A DNA stretch of 64,000 nucleotides from the human T2T-CHM13v2.0 reference genome, Homo sapiens. The stretch lies in the NCBI RefSeq assembly GCF_009914755.1, contig NC_060927.1; one strand, given 5' to 3'. Below are positions 29,376 through 42,870 of this stretch, piece after piece (the stretch's first letter is position 1; the number at the start of each line of letters is the position of its first letter). The notes beneath the pieces were generated by a model, which worked only from the letters and a program-made list of their open reading frames with translations, searched no databases and had not been told where the DNA came from. The position numbers and the translations under genes are program-made.

Positions 29376-32300
29376 TTTATTTTGTTTTTAAGTGAGAATT
29401 ATTTTTTTCTTAAACCCAGGGGCAGTGTAGGTGAAGGTTAAGGCAGTGAAGATAGAACAGTCAGTTTTGAAATGCACATAGCCTTCCTGAGCCTCACTTT
29501 CACCACATCTGCCAGTCTGCCTCAAGTCTTTAAGTTTCCCTACACCAGAGGCAGCAAGGTGTGCCTGGAATGATGAATTCCTTTGAGCACAGACCCTGTT
29601 CCATCTAGAGACTGATGACTGTACCTATTTCCTAGGAAAGGTTAAGCAAGATCGTGAATATAATGCTCTTCGTTTCATGCCGGCACATAATAAGTTCCCA
29701 CTAAATGTTTAACTTGGTCCACTGGGGGAAGGATGAGAAGGAGGATTTGGAGATAAATGAGACTTGGCCCTTGACAATTCAGGAGCTTGGAGTCTTATAG
29801 AGATTTGACTTAAAAATGTCTGTGTAACTCCAGAGTGATAAAGACAAAAATGCTTGAAAAAGATAAGTGAGGATTCGGGGGATGGAGGAATCCCAGAGGT
29901 TGGCCCCGTCTGAGAAGGCTGGAGGTTAGGGTAGGAAGAGGTAAGGGTTTGGGAAGGTAGTTCTAGGCTGACTGAAGAGTGTGAGCAAAAGCAGAGGCAG
30001 GGATGTATCCAGGTATCAGATAGTGCACATTTAGTGTGGTTACAGTAGGTGATAATTTAGGAGGCTGATTGAAACTGAATTTAGCCTCTGCCTTAGTCAC
30101 CAAGTCCTTTCCCAGCTCCACTTGCTGTTCTCTCTCTCATTCTCTCCTACCTATATTGAAACCAGTTGAAAATAATGGAGTCACACAGAGGCAGATGGCA
30201 ATAATGTCCAGGTTGTGGAACATTAGCTCATTGGGCTTGCTAATGCAGCACCCATGAATGAAATTTACCCTCTTCCTCTCAGATAGCTCCTGCACTCAAT
30301 AACTCCCATTTAGGGCACACTGTGCATAAAGCTCCCAACCATGAAGAGCAGGGAGGATCTGCCTCTAACAGTCAGGTAACTCACAAAGACTGGAAGGAAG
30401 TGACTGGGTTACACATGGCCAGTTTCTTCTCCAAACTCAATAATTGGGTAACTCTCTGCCTCCTCATCTGAGAACAAGGGAGTGGGAGGGAGGCAAACAA
30501 GAAAAGAGAAGAAGCAGTGGAGAAAGGAGACGTTCTGCAGTGCCAGGCTTCTTGCCCCACACTCTTCCCAAATGTCAACATAGTTCCTTTAGGGGAAAAA
30601 AGTGGGAGGCTAGAATGGTAGGACAGGGCCACAATATGGAAGTGAAAAACCAGGGGCAGTTTCCTGAGCAGGGAATGATGTCATTCGATCTATAATTCAG
30701 TCTGGTTAATCTACTTATGCAACACCAATTGAAGGACACACTTAGATAACTCAGCCTTGAGTCAACAAATCTTGTGTAACACTGCCAAGGTCCATAGTGC
30801 AAGAATCAGCCCCCACTTCGGAAATAACAACCACCCCTCAGTGCCAAATTTTGGACATTGCTTGTAAATTTCAGACTCCTTCCCTCCAAGATACTGTTTT
30901 AGAGAATGTCGTAGGGTAAAAAATTCCAAGGGGTAAAGACATAAATTCCGTAATACTACAATAGATGGGAGGCTCTAATCAAGTAGATAAATTCTATTTT
31001 TGGAATTGTGAATAAAGCAGAAAAGATTCTTGGAAATCAGGAATTGAATAGATTGATGGTACAAATGAGAGACTATATGTTGCTTAAAGAAAACAAAAGA
31101 TTGCCTATCAGGTTTTAAAATGTGAGTCAGTAGTTTATATAGTGATTCAAGCTGAACAGCTATCTTGGTTATTAACTAAAATCTTTTCTTTCCCCTTCCA
31201 TTTTATATATGAAGAAACTATTAATACAAAAGTCATTATCAAAGGACACTGGGGCTAGGTTTCATTACCCAGCTTAATCCTTAATTTCATATTGAGCATT
31301 TCATATTGAAGTGAAACAATAAGGATATGTTTCTAGAGACTGATGAGACAACTGAATTGGACTTGGTTTTGACATTCAAAGGGATCAGGTAGAGGTACTT
31401 AGTTGAGCTCACTACTTCATTTTGGCAAAAGACATATGTCATAGAAATGTAGTAGCCATGATGGATTATGTATCTTTGAATTGGGAGCCTATGACAAATT
31501 TTCTCCAATGGGAAGTTTCTTCAGAGCCTATCATTGTTTCAACAATAATTAAAGTAATTTACAGAGAATGTGCTCATCTACTTTTACCTACTGTTATCTT
31601 TTTTCCAAGTTAATAAACTGAATATATTGTATAGATTGGTTGATAGCCTTCCTGAAATGAACATCCTTTGCAAACCTATCTCTCCAAACCCAAATCCTGC
31701 CCAAATTTCCCAATTGTGGTAGCAAGCCCAATGAGCTCCTGATACGATCCTAATAGGATCCTCTTCTCTGGAAATCCTCGACAGATCACACTTCTCTTTT
31801 CTTGGGAACAGCTTTCTGTTTCCTTGTCCAGAATGGATGCCGTTCTGTTATCCTGGTCACTCTCTGGGCCCCCTCCCTTTGTCCACCATGAGCACAGGCT
31901 ACTGGCCACTGATCCTCCTGGGGGCACTAGCCTGGCTACCCCATTGCTTATTTTACCTTTGCTTCTCTTAAATACCATTGTTGGTGATTGCTCCACACAG
32001 CAATTGTTCTCACCTAAGTCTGTGGATAAGACTCACTTAGGGAGGTTTTACCAGAATTCAGCTCATCTCCCTAAATGTTTGGGTCTGGACTAGGGCACAC
32101 ACTTCTCGTGAGGCGCTTCTCATGAGTACCCCTTCTCAAACTTTACGGGTATCAATTTACTTATGGCCTGCAGTGCATAAAGTGAAAGCTTTCTGAAAAG
32201 ACATTTAATCCATCGGTATGAGGATGAAAAAGACACACTCAGGGCATGAAAAGAGTGAGAAGGTCACAAAAAGGGTGTGGTCTCAGCTGGAGAGGAAGCT

Positions 32301-33329
32301 GAACAATCCTATAAAGGAACAAAAGCTCAGCGTCCTGACCATCTGTTTCTTTCTACCCCAGGCCCATTCCCATCATGAGTATTTATTCTGCCCAGTGTGG
32401 GATGGGTTCTGTTCTAGAAGTTTGCATGAGCAGAGGGAAGCTTAGCCCCATGAGGCCAGTCATGAGGCTCCATCTTATTCTATAGGCTTCAGCCTTTTTA
32501 TGAAGACCTAGCTTCTACTCTTGCCCCAGGCCCTAAGCAGGCCCAGACTTTTCCCATATACACACACTCTCTCTCTAACTTATGTGTCTTACATCTTAAT
32601 AAGGCAGCAGATTGTATCAGAATCAGTTAACTCTTTATCAAAAAACCCAGAGCAGACAGACGGGTGAACTTGCTCATGGGCTGAGCTAGAAGGGAGGCCA
32701 CTTTTCCTTCACACAGCCTCGGACTCTCCCTGGGCTTTTTTGTGTGTGCTGCGTGGAGACTGTGTTCTAACATTTCAGTCATATCTTCCTTATTTTAAAA
32801 CTACAGAATTGATCTTACCAACTTACTGGGGAGCACGTCGTCAGTAAATTCTAATGGAAAAACCTGTCTGATCAATGGGACAGGAAAGCGTCACAGCAAT
32901 ACCGGTGAGTCATTCCAAGACCAGGCACATTTGAGCTGTGTTGCTTCTTCGATGCTGACTATAATTCTCCCTCAGCATTACGTCGTCTTAAGCAGCTTTT
33001 GAATCTTCGTCTCTGATTCCCTTTCTAGGTCAGACTGTGTCTTTTTTTAAAATTGTGCCTGGATATCCCCTTAATAGGTTGGACAAGTCCCGTTAGGATA
33101 ATTGGCTGTATGAATATGCGAAAATAGCAACAGTGAATTTTAAAGTTCTTGAATAGTCTCCCCGTCCCACTGTGAGGTGAGGCATCTGGGGTGGGCTATC
33201 TGTTTTTTGATTCTTGGTTCTTGTTTTTAAAAAAATAGGATGTTGGACCTTGGGATGAGAGGGAAGTAAAACAGTTTTGGAACCCTTTTAGAAAGCAAAC
33301 TAAGACAAAACTCCTTTCTTGAGAAAAAT

Positions 33330-33520
33330 GGATGGACATTGTAAAGAAGACAGTAGGGCACCAGGAAGCCTTGAGCCAGGTCTGCCTGTGTCACATTTCG
33401 AGTTATGAGCTTCACCGCTCTGCTGTCTGTCTCTGGAGATCATCATCAAACCCCTTTCTCTGAGTTGTTGAATGGCTCAGATGAGTTAATGCCTATGAAA
33501 GTACTCTGTAAACAGAAAAA
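33330..33520 (+). mobile_element. MIR
   Basis: GAGTTGTTGAATGGCTCAGATGAGTTAATGCCTATGAAAGTACTCTGTAAAC. Confidence 0.6.
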
Positions 33521-34589
33521 TACCTTCCTATTTGTAATCTCAACAAAGGGACTTTTATCATCCCTAAAACAGAACAGACATTTCTTTTTCAATTATGAAA
33601 GTTACATAGACTCTTTTTAAAAAGTTAAATGCACAAAAGTATGATGAAAATTAAAATAACCCTAATGAGTCCATCATCCAGGGACATCATTGTTCTAATT
33701 TAAACATTTGGGTAATCTGTTCTCTTTTTTTAAGAAGGGTTGTGTGTGTTTATTTTTTTTCTTTTTTTGTGTGTGTTTGTGTATATCTATGTGTATTTTT
33801 ATTCTGTTTTCTTTACATAACACTGTATTGTAAACATTCCCAAAATGTAAATTTTAATCATTGCATAATATTGCATTATCTGATATATGCACATGCATTT
33901 TGAGATTTTGTGACGAACGATTGTGACTATTGTTTCCATAATTAAGGGTTAGCTGCTTACCAAGAAAGGAACTTACTTTAAAACATGGCAGGCACACTTG
34001 GCCATTTTTTTTTTTTTTTTTTTTTGGCAGTAAAGGAATTTGAAGTATCCAGTTTTTTAAATAAATTAATATGTATTGAATTGGAGTTTAGCAGTACTTT
34101 TAGTTAAGATCTCAGTTAAGGTAAAAAGGTCAGACCTGTAGAGTTATTAATTTGTAGAAAATTCTGACTACAGCAAAACATATTAGCCCAAGTTCTCTTT
34201 ATTAATAAAACATTAGTTACAGAAATACTAAAAAATAGATTGGTTGGTCTCCTGAATGTCCTGCGTTAGGTAAGTTGCCTTATGCCATCTGGAAGACTTT
34301 TTATTTTCTCTTCATAGAAGGATACAATAGATTTGTTTTGCTCAAAGAGTTCATTTTCTGTTGCTGGGCACATATATAATACTGTAAACACATTTCTGGA
34401 TATGACGACATAATGATGAAGAGAGACCTTTGAATATTTTCTTAAATGAAGATTGAAGGAGTAGTAAGCTGTGAGAGGAGATTTTTCTACTATTTCAGTC
34501 CTAAGATTGATCTTTTTTGTCATGGATTTATCCCTTTGTCTCTATGCATTTCTATGTGTCTGCTCAGCATCTTATCTTCTACATTTGCC

Positions 34590-34800
34590 CTAGTTCCATC
34601 CTTCCTTTTTTCCATGCTTGTTTTTCCATACACCTGCCCATCCACCCTCCTGCCTCTCTATCCAGTCGTCCGTCTAACCATTTCTGGCAATTCTTACCTC
34701 CCTGTTTCATGTATATCTCTCCATTTTTACCTGTCATTTATATTTATCTATTTGCCTATCCATATCTACACCTGCTTGTCTGCTCACTGTCTATCTATAA
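34590..34800. repeat. Degenerate (TCCA)/(TCTA) low-complexity region
   Basis: Repeated CCAT/CTAT units. Confidence 0.6.
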
Positions 34801-35199
34801 AGTTAATGGAGATGATTTTGATGAAAACTTATGAATTTCTTTATTGCATTTTACACTGTGGGTTACAGGGGCCAAAGGCCATGGGGACCAGAAAGTGGAA
34901 ATAACCAGAGCTCGGCCATTTTTGTTTCATTTCAAAATCAGGAGGGAAGGTCAGAACTAACCTGATTATCCTTTCTGTGATGCTAATCAGGATGTTCTTA
35001 GTATAATGCCTTTTGGAGACTGTTATTTTAAGGAATGTTTTGCTAAGAATCAGTTGCCAGGACATAGAATGAAGAGCTATTGTATAGCTTCAGAGTAGTT
35101 CTCTTTTAAGAAGGATATAATAAATTAAAAATAATTTTCTTGAGGTCAGACTAAGGAAAAGTCAAAGATATACAATTGCCATCTCTCCAAATTTATTGA

Positions 35200-35506
35200 T
35201 TTTATTTATTTATTATTTATTATTATTATTATTTGAGACAGAGTCTCACTTTGTTACCCAGGCTGGAGTGCAGTGGCACGATCATAATTCACTGCAACCT
35301 CAATGTCCTGGAGTCACTGAAGCCTCTCAAGTACCTTGGACTACAGTTGTGTGCCACAATGCCCAGCTAATTTTTTTTGTACTTTTTTTAAAGACAGTAT
35401 TTTGCCATGTTGCCCAGGCTGGTGTTGAACTCCCGGGCTCAAACTATCTGCTTGCCTTGGCCTCCCAAAGTGCTGGGATTATAAGTGTTAGCCACTGTAC
35501 CCAGCC
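35200..35506 (-). mobile_element. AluJ
   Basis: Diverged Alu with a (TTA)n tail; flanks AATTTA[T/C]TGA[T/C]TT. Confidence 0.92.
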
Positions 35507-36638
35507 CAATTTACTGACTTAAAAAAAAAGAAAAAAAAAACAACAACCCAGAACATATTGTAACATTCTCAGGGAGTTTAGAGACAACATAATGAAGGTA
35601 TTTTCAAGGTTTGGGGAGCTGCTTGGAACTTGATTTTGGACAAAATGGAAGGAAAACAACCATCCTTTACTGAAAACCATTTTTCTTCTGATTCTGAGAA
35701 AGCTGCTTTGCATTTACTCTCTCGTTTAATTCTCCCATCCTTCCTTCAATGTAATTTCTATTATCCCAATTTATAACTAAGAAACAGAGACTCAAAGAGG
35801 CTAAATGATTTGCCTAAGTTTACATGATTAATGAGTGCCACAGTTTTTGTGGAACAGAGACTTGTTTGAATCTAAAACTGTTACTCTTTGCAGTAAACCA
35901 CAATGAAACCTTAGCTATATATCAGTTCTCCACTTTAAATTTTATGGTAACTCAACCTCTGAAAAGGATCCTGCAAATAGCACAGTTTTCAGTTCTTTTC
36001 TTGAGAGAAGGCAGGGCTTTCATATGGACATGATAAAGAAGACAGCTCTTAGGATGTGGATATAAGATTGCATTTATGAACTTTACTTTAGTATTTGACA
36101 GAATGGGGTTTTCCTCACATGCTGCTGTGTGTTTTTGTTTAACCTAATCTGAGTCTCATTAGGCAGCTTGATCCAGAAGACAGAAAGGTCTCCTCCACAA
36201 GATGCACCTTATGAAGCAAACAAACCAATGAAATGCAGTAACTCCCTTCAAACTTTTGTAAGCTCTGGAAAGCCAGAAAAGACAGCTATTGTAATATATT
36301 TTGCCAGGCCAGCTGTTATCATCACAAACAAGCCTGAAATAGCAATGACTTTTGAAATCACAGCACATTTATTTACTTCTTAACTTTTCCATAGGTTTGA
36401 AAGCTTGCTCCCTCCCTTTTTATCATGCTAAACTGTAGTTGCTAACAACATTCTATTCTGGGTGGGAATTAGCTTTGGCATAATTAAGAATGGAGATGGG
36501 GGTGGATAAAAGAGGTTCTGCCAAAGGACTTGTCTTATATGATTTTATTCTTACTTTTAATCTGTTTTATTCTTTAAGCATGTATTAACTGCCTACTACG
36601 TACTCAACACTGTGCTATGTGGGAAAAATATACTAGAA

Positions 36639-36874
36639 CAAGGGATGGTCAACTTTTTCTGTAAAGGGACAGATGGTACACAGCTTAGATTTGTGGTCCA
36701 TAAGGTGTCTGTTGTAGCTACTCACTCTGCTCTTAGATAATACACGAAACACTCAAGACTCCACCATAAACAATACATAAATAATTGCGTGTGAATATGT
36801 TCCAATAAACTTTTATTCACAAAAACATGCAGTAGGCTGGATTTGGTCTGCGTGCCACAGGTTGCCAGCACCTG
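36639..36874 (+). mobile_element. MER58A (hAT-Charlie MITE)
   Basis: CAAGGGATGGTCAACTTTTTCTGTAAAGGG...GTTGCCAGCACCTG; 8-bp TSD TACTAGAA/TACTAAAA. Confidence 0.88.
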
Positions 36875-36884
36875 TACTAAAATG

Positions 36885-37010
36885 TCCCTGAAAATAGAGA
36901 ACTTTGTTTTGTTCATTGGCTGTGTCACCAGTGCCTAGAGTAGTACCTGGCATGGGATAGGTGACCAGTAAATATTTGTTGAATGAATGAACTTATAAAT
37001 GAATGAATGA
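36885..37010 (+). mobile_element. L2 3' end
   Basis: CCAGTGCCTAGAGTAGTACCTGGCA..AAATATTTGTTGAATGAATGAA. Confidence 0.85.
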
Positions 37011-39479
37011 CTCAGACTCCTTCTCTGATCTCTTCTATACTTAAAGAGAGTACAAAGAACTGTGGGAGGTAAAAGGTACTTTCCTGGAAGAGAGAGTGTG
37101 GAGGGTCATGGAATCAGTTGGTATTTGAGCTGGACCCTGAAGAATAGGTAAGTATATGTCACCAGCGGTGGTAGGAGAAGCACACTGCAGGTAGGAGAAA
37201 CATGCAAATAGGATAAGAAGCAGGGCACTTGTGGTGAATAATGAGGAGATCAGATGTTTTATAACAGGAGTTTCCTGACTTGCTTGATCTTCAAAATCAC
37301 CTGTTATTAAAAATAGGTTCCCAGTACCCTCCCTGGAGATTCTGATTTTGTAAGACAGGGTTGGCCAATGATAATTTACAAAATAAATATTTGAAAAGGT
37401 GTATGGCTTTGGAAAGTTATACTGGAACCATTTCTAATGGGAAATAAAGTTCTCACTTTTCTTAGTAAAAGGACTAGTATCAACTAGTAATTGCTGGACC
37501 TATAATTACCCTATACCTTCTGTGCCATAGAATGGAGGAAGTGCCCTGGCGGAAATCTACCCTACTTAACTGCCTGTCTTCATACGTCCCCTGTTGATGT
37601 TGTAGGAGTACCCCAGCCTTTATGATGGAACAGTGTGTAATTTAGTCAGTAAATTGTAGTCATATAAATTATAATAAATGTATCAAATTTGTAGCTACTA
37701 GCTTTGTTGCTTTTGAATTTCTGGGTTGGCAAACCTCTCAGAGGGCAAATAGATTTAAATGGCGTAATAGAAAATTTGCATTCTCTTGCTGTACCTCCAA
37801 TTCAGAGTGTAGTGTAATGCCCAGATTTGTTTGTAGACTAAGATCACTGGAAGGGCTGTATAGTTTAAGCCTCTTTTTTAATAATGGGGGGAAATCTGAA
37901 GCCTAAAAGGTGGGCAGGGACTTGCTCAAGTTCTGTCACCAAATTATTTTGGCAGAACCAGGAGTATAATGCGAATGTTAAGTTACTAAATTTAGTTTTC
38001 TTTTCATGGTGCCATGCCACATGTATCAATAAAGTTCCTAATTTACATACTTTCTCTCCCCTTTAAATCTCACAGCTTTTTGCTCATATACCTCTTGTGT
38101 ACTGCTTACCATAAAGTTATATCTTAATATCTTATCCTGAACGAGTAGCCCACTGTTATCCCAAATAAAGGCTGAGCTCTGTTTCCCTGGAGAGCTTAAC
38201 ATATTTCCTGGCACTTAGCATGTGTTCAGCAAATAATTGTAGACTTGAAATATCTTGAGCATCTTTTCTTTTCCCATGTGTTTTGACTCAAGTTCCTTTG
38301 CAGTTATATTGTCAGAAAAGTCAAGCTCTTCCAGAATTGCTGAAATACAAAGATAATTTCTCTTAAGCTTCCTTAAAAAAGTTGAATTCCCTATTATGGC
38401 TGAGACCTTTCTTAACAGCTCTTCTGATAGTTAAATGTCAGTTGCTTCAAAAAAGAAATGTCATTAAATTATCAGGGAAATAAATTACATATTTATTTGG
38501 GCTGAAATATTTTAATTGACCACTTAAAATAAAGATAATAGCAAAAGACTGATACATTTCCTAGCTTGCACATTTCTCTCAATTGCCAGGACTTTTTTGT
38601 TTATATCTCTTAGGAGATTTCATTTTTATTTCTTCTGCATTATGGTTATATATGTGCTTTTGACTCTCCCAGTGGGTGATAAGTTCTTTGAAGTCAATGT
38701 ACTTAAAAAAATTAATCTCTATATACCCACAAAGCCTAGCTCTGTAGGAGCTAAATACTAAATATATTTACTTTAAAAAAATTGTTAGGAAAAGGTCAGT
38801 GTTACCTTGATTTCAGTGTTATTTTGCAGCCCTCAAGTCAACAACCATTTTACTGAACATCCAGCTTTGTGCCTTTCTGTGAGCTTAACATTGGTAGCAG
38901 GTGTGGATTGGGACATAAAAAAGTAAATAAAACATAGTTAAGTTGACATAACCCATAAGTATAATGTGATGTGGAAATCTGAGATAGGTACAAATAACCT
39001 GTACTAGAATCTGGAGGCAGGTTAATTCTGACAAGGTGAGTCCAGAGAGGCTCACAAAGTGTCAATATTTGAGATGAGTTTTACTGGGTCTTGGTCTTCT
39101 ATTTCAGTTGCTGGTTTTAATTTTTCTCAACGCAACACACACACAAACACACAGATACACACACACACGCAAAGTGATTTGTTTTCTTTTTATAATCTCT
39201 TTGACTATAGACTTAAGAGAACTGCCTTTATGTAAGATTAAAGGAAAAGAGGAGCAGGTTTTATTGTGTTATTTGAAGGTTTTTCAGAGTCTGAAACACA
39301 CAGCGACCGAAAGTATTTGGGATGGATGATGCCAGTAGTGTCATGAAACAAAGTACGTTGGCCAGAGAGAGACATATACTATTGTAAATTAACGGTGTTC
39401 TTTTCCAAGGATTTTCTCGTTTACCTGTTGTTGTCTTCAATAGTTTAATTACACTAAATATTCTCGTTGGTGCGGGGAG

Positions 39480-40035
<556 letters not shown>

Positions 40036-40309
40036 CATATGCCTACAGAGTCAGGCACATTTTCTTGAAACACAAAGCCCTTTATCTAGCTTAACCTCTT
40101 CCCACTTTAGAGTCGTGGGTGCAGGAAATATTTTGTTTTCCTCTTTACCGTAAGGAAAGTAACAGTGCTAGTGTGTTGTTGAAATGCCATGCTCTGGGCA
40201 TGTGTTTGGGGAGAGAGATGCAGTGCGTGGTGGGGAATGGGAGGTGCTCAAGAGGGCATCCTCTCTGAAAGGGGTGACAGCCGCTTGGCGCTAGCTAATT
40301 ATTGCCACG

Positions 40310-40566
40310 TGGAGATGCATCATTGCCAGATTTTTATGTAAACTCTTTGGTTTTTAAAATGTTGGCAGCTCATTCAAGTATTTTTAAAGCACTATGAGAG
40401 ATACTTCCTCATGGAAGAAGAAAAATGCAACTTACAATCTTACTCAGTAGCATCAACTTTGGCTCAAAACAACAACAAAGCACGTTGTAAGTCCACACTG
40501 CAAATGGCAAACAGAACCCGTCTAAGGACCAGATTTGGCCTGCAGCCCTCAATTTGCATCTTCTGT
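40310..40566 (-). mobile_element. hAT-Charlie relic (MER102-like)
   Basis: TTTTTAAAATGTTGGCAGCTCATTCA..CCAGATTTGGCCTGCAGCC..TTTGCATCTTCTG. Confidence 0.55.
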
Positions 40567-40589
40567 GCATATTTTTAACTGGTAGAGAT

Positions 40590-40810
40590 AACAGTAAATG
40601 ATGGCAAAACTTACTGAGTCCTTTGCATGTGCTAGAAACTTTGCTATACTTTGCATATATCATTCAATTCTCACAATAACCCAAAGAGGTGTCTATTACT
40701 ATTATTATCCCATTTTACAGACGTGAGCATTGAGGCTCAAGGAAATGAAGTATCTTTCCTGAGGTCACACAGATGAAATGTGACAGGTAGCTTTGAAACC
40801 AAAGCCTGTT
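40590..40810 (-). mobile_element. MIR
   Basis: TTCTCACAATAACCC..ATTATTATCCCATTTTACAGA..TGAGGCTCA..GAGGTCACACAG. Confidence 0.88.
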
Positions 40811-41029
40811 CTCTTTTAAAATCATACATACCAGTGGATCTCAGTCCTGGTGGTATGTTAGAATGATTGGCGTGCCCTTAAAAACAGTGTTGTCCAAAGT
40901 CCACCCCCAAGCTCATTAAATCAGAATATCTGTGGGTGGGACTCAGACGTGGCTGTTTTTTCGAAAGCCTCAAATCAATGATTAGAAATAGCTGTAAGAT
41001 AGATAAAATTTGTGCCTCCACATCTGGCA

Positions 41030-41250
41030 CTACCTATCTCCTGTACTCTATTTTATTTTTGAGTATTTATTGTTCTCTGAAAATTATGTGCATCTTTACC
41101 TGTTTATGAATTTTCTACTTTTACCACACTGGGATGTAAGCTCCGTGAGCGCCAGGATTTAGTCTTTTTAAGTTGTTTGTTGTATCCCCACCTAGGTCAG
41201 TGCCTGGCACATAATAGATGCTCAGTAAGTATTTACTTGAATGAATAACT
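41030..41250 (+). mobile_element. L2 3' end
   Basis: GATGTAAGCTCCGTGAG..GTATCCCCA..GTGCCTGGCACATAATAGATGCTCAGTAAGTATTTACTTGAATGAAT. Confidence 0.85.
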
Positions 41251-42384
41251 GGTTCTTCATCACAGGGAGCTTACACTCTAGTGAGGGAGATAGATAATAC
41301 ATTCTTAGTCCTATGAGATAAGCTCATAACTGGGATGTTCAATATGACTTTATTAACACAGGGAATACAGCTGATTATCTCTTAGACATTGTTAGGATAA
41401 ATTGTTTCTATACGTATTGAATGGACTGTGGGGCATTTTTGGTCACCTGCACTACTACACTGGATCCATTCTGTGCTCTGGGGTGTAAGTGTGTGTGTGT
41501 GTCTGTGCGTGTGTGTAATTTCGGGAACGGGTAACACATTCGTATTACCTCTGTTTGGACACGATTTTTAGTGACAGAGCTAGGAATAACAGGTGGAACC
41601 TTCTAAGTTTTGTTGCTTAAATATCAGGCCCCCTCAGAATTCAGGACTGATGGTAGAGGATTTACCAGTTTACAGGGAATTCAGATATTCTCTTCTCTTT
41701 CTAGGAAAGCCAAATTGTTGGTCATTCTGCCCCCAACATTTACAGAAGCAGTTTCTCGGTTTTATTTATCCAAGATTCTTATGATGAATAGTGTTAATAT
41801 CGCAGCACACTATGGGCTGTGATATGCCTATATCACAGAGAAGGCAAGCTGTGGTGAAGTGGAATAAATGAAAAACTGTCTATAACTCTGCTTCTAGATG
41901 CCCCACTTAAGCAAGTAAATGGGAATGTGAGTGACAATATCATAGGGATAACCTTGAAAGAGTGCTAGTTTTTAAACAAAAACAAATCATTTGGAACGTT
42001 AGGATTTAAACAGTTACTGATAATAAATTGCTTGTGACCCATCTGAAAATTGATGGATCATAGTGATAGTGAAAATATTTAACAACTGCTATGGCCCAGG
42101 CACCGAACAATCGAAACCAACTCCAGTGTAAACAGTGGTGCCATCAAGTATGCGCTGGTTGTCAGCCTTGCTGGTGGAGTCATTGTGTCACGATGAAGCA
42201 ACTAAGAGCCAGTGCTGCACAAAGTGTTGAGAGAAACAAACAAAATCCAGGGTGCTCCCCTTATGCGGAGTAGAGAGTAGATAGAGCCTTGTTTCAGAAC
42301 GATAAAACTTCGGTCAAGGACTTGATCTTCCCACTTATTGCTGGGGGCTCCAGGGCAAATCATTTGTTCTTTCTGAGCCTGAGT

Positions 42385-42589
42385 TGTTGTTTCTTCTTGT
42401 TCTTCTTGTTCTTGTTCTTGTTCTCGTTCTCGTTCTCCTTCTCCTACTCCTTCTCCTTCTTCTTCGTCTTCTTCTTCTTCTCTCCTCCTCCTCCTCCTTC
42501 TCCCTTCTCCCTTCTCCTTTCTCCTTCTCCTCCTCCCTCCTCTCCTTCTCCTTCTTCTTTTTCTTCTTCTTCTTTTTTTTTTTTTTTTT
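42385..42589. repeat. Compound (TTG)/(TTCTTG)/(TTCTCC)/(TTC)/(TCC) repeat forming an expanded Alu tail
   Basis: Pyrimidine-rich compound microsatellite running into the Alu T-tail. Confidence 0.92.
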
Positions 42590-42870
42590 GATATGGAGTC
42601 TCACTCTGTTGCCCAGGCTGGAGTGTAGTGGTGCAATCCCTGCTCCTGCATCCTCTGCCTCCCAGGTTCAAGCGATTCTCCTGCCTTAGCCTCCTCAGTA
42701 TCTGGGATTATAGACGTGCATGACCATGCTCAGCTAATTTTTGTATTTTTAGCAGAGATGGGGTTTCACCATATTGGCCAGGCTGGTCTTGAACTCCTGA
42801 CCTCAGGTGATCCACCTGCCTTGCCCTCCCAAAGTGCTGGGATTACAGTCATGAGCCACCGCACCTGTCC
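42590..42870 (-). mobile_element. AluS (Sx-like)
   Basis: Alu body; flanks GAGCCTG[A/C]GTT. Confidence 0.93.

Noticed and set aside
34446-34904. 152-aa hydrophobic ORF
   Set aside because: It runs through (TCCA/TCTA) low-complexity DNA and has no recognisable domain.
42289-42689. Poly-K/E/R/F/L ORFs
   Set aside because: They are translations of the compound microsatellite.
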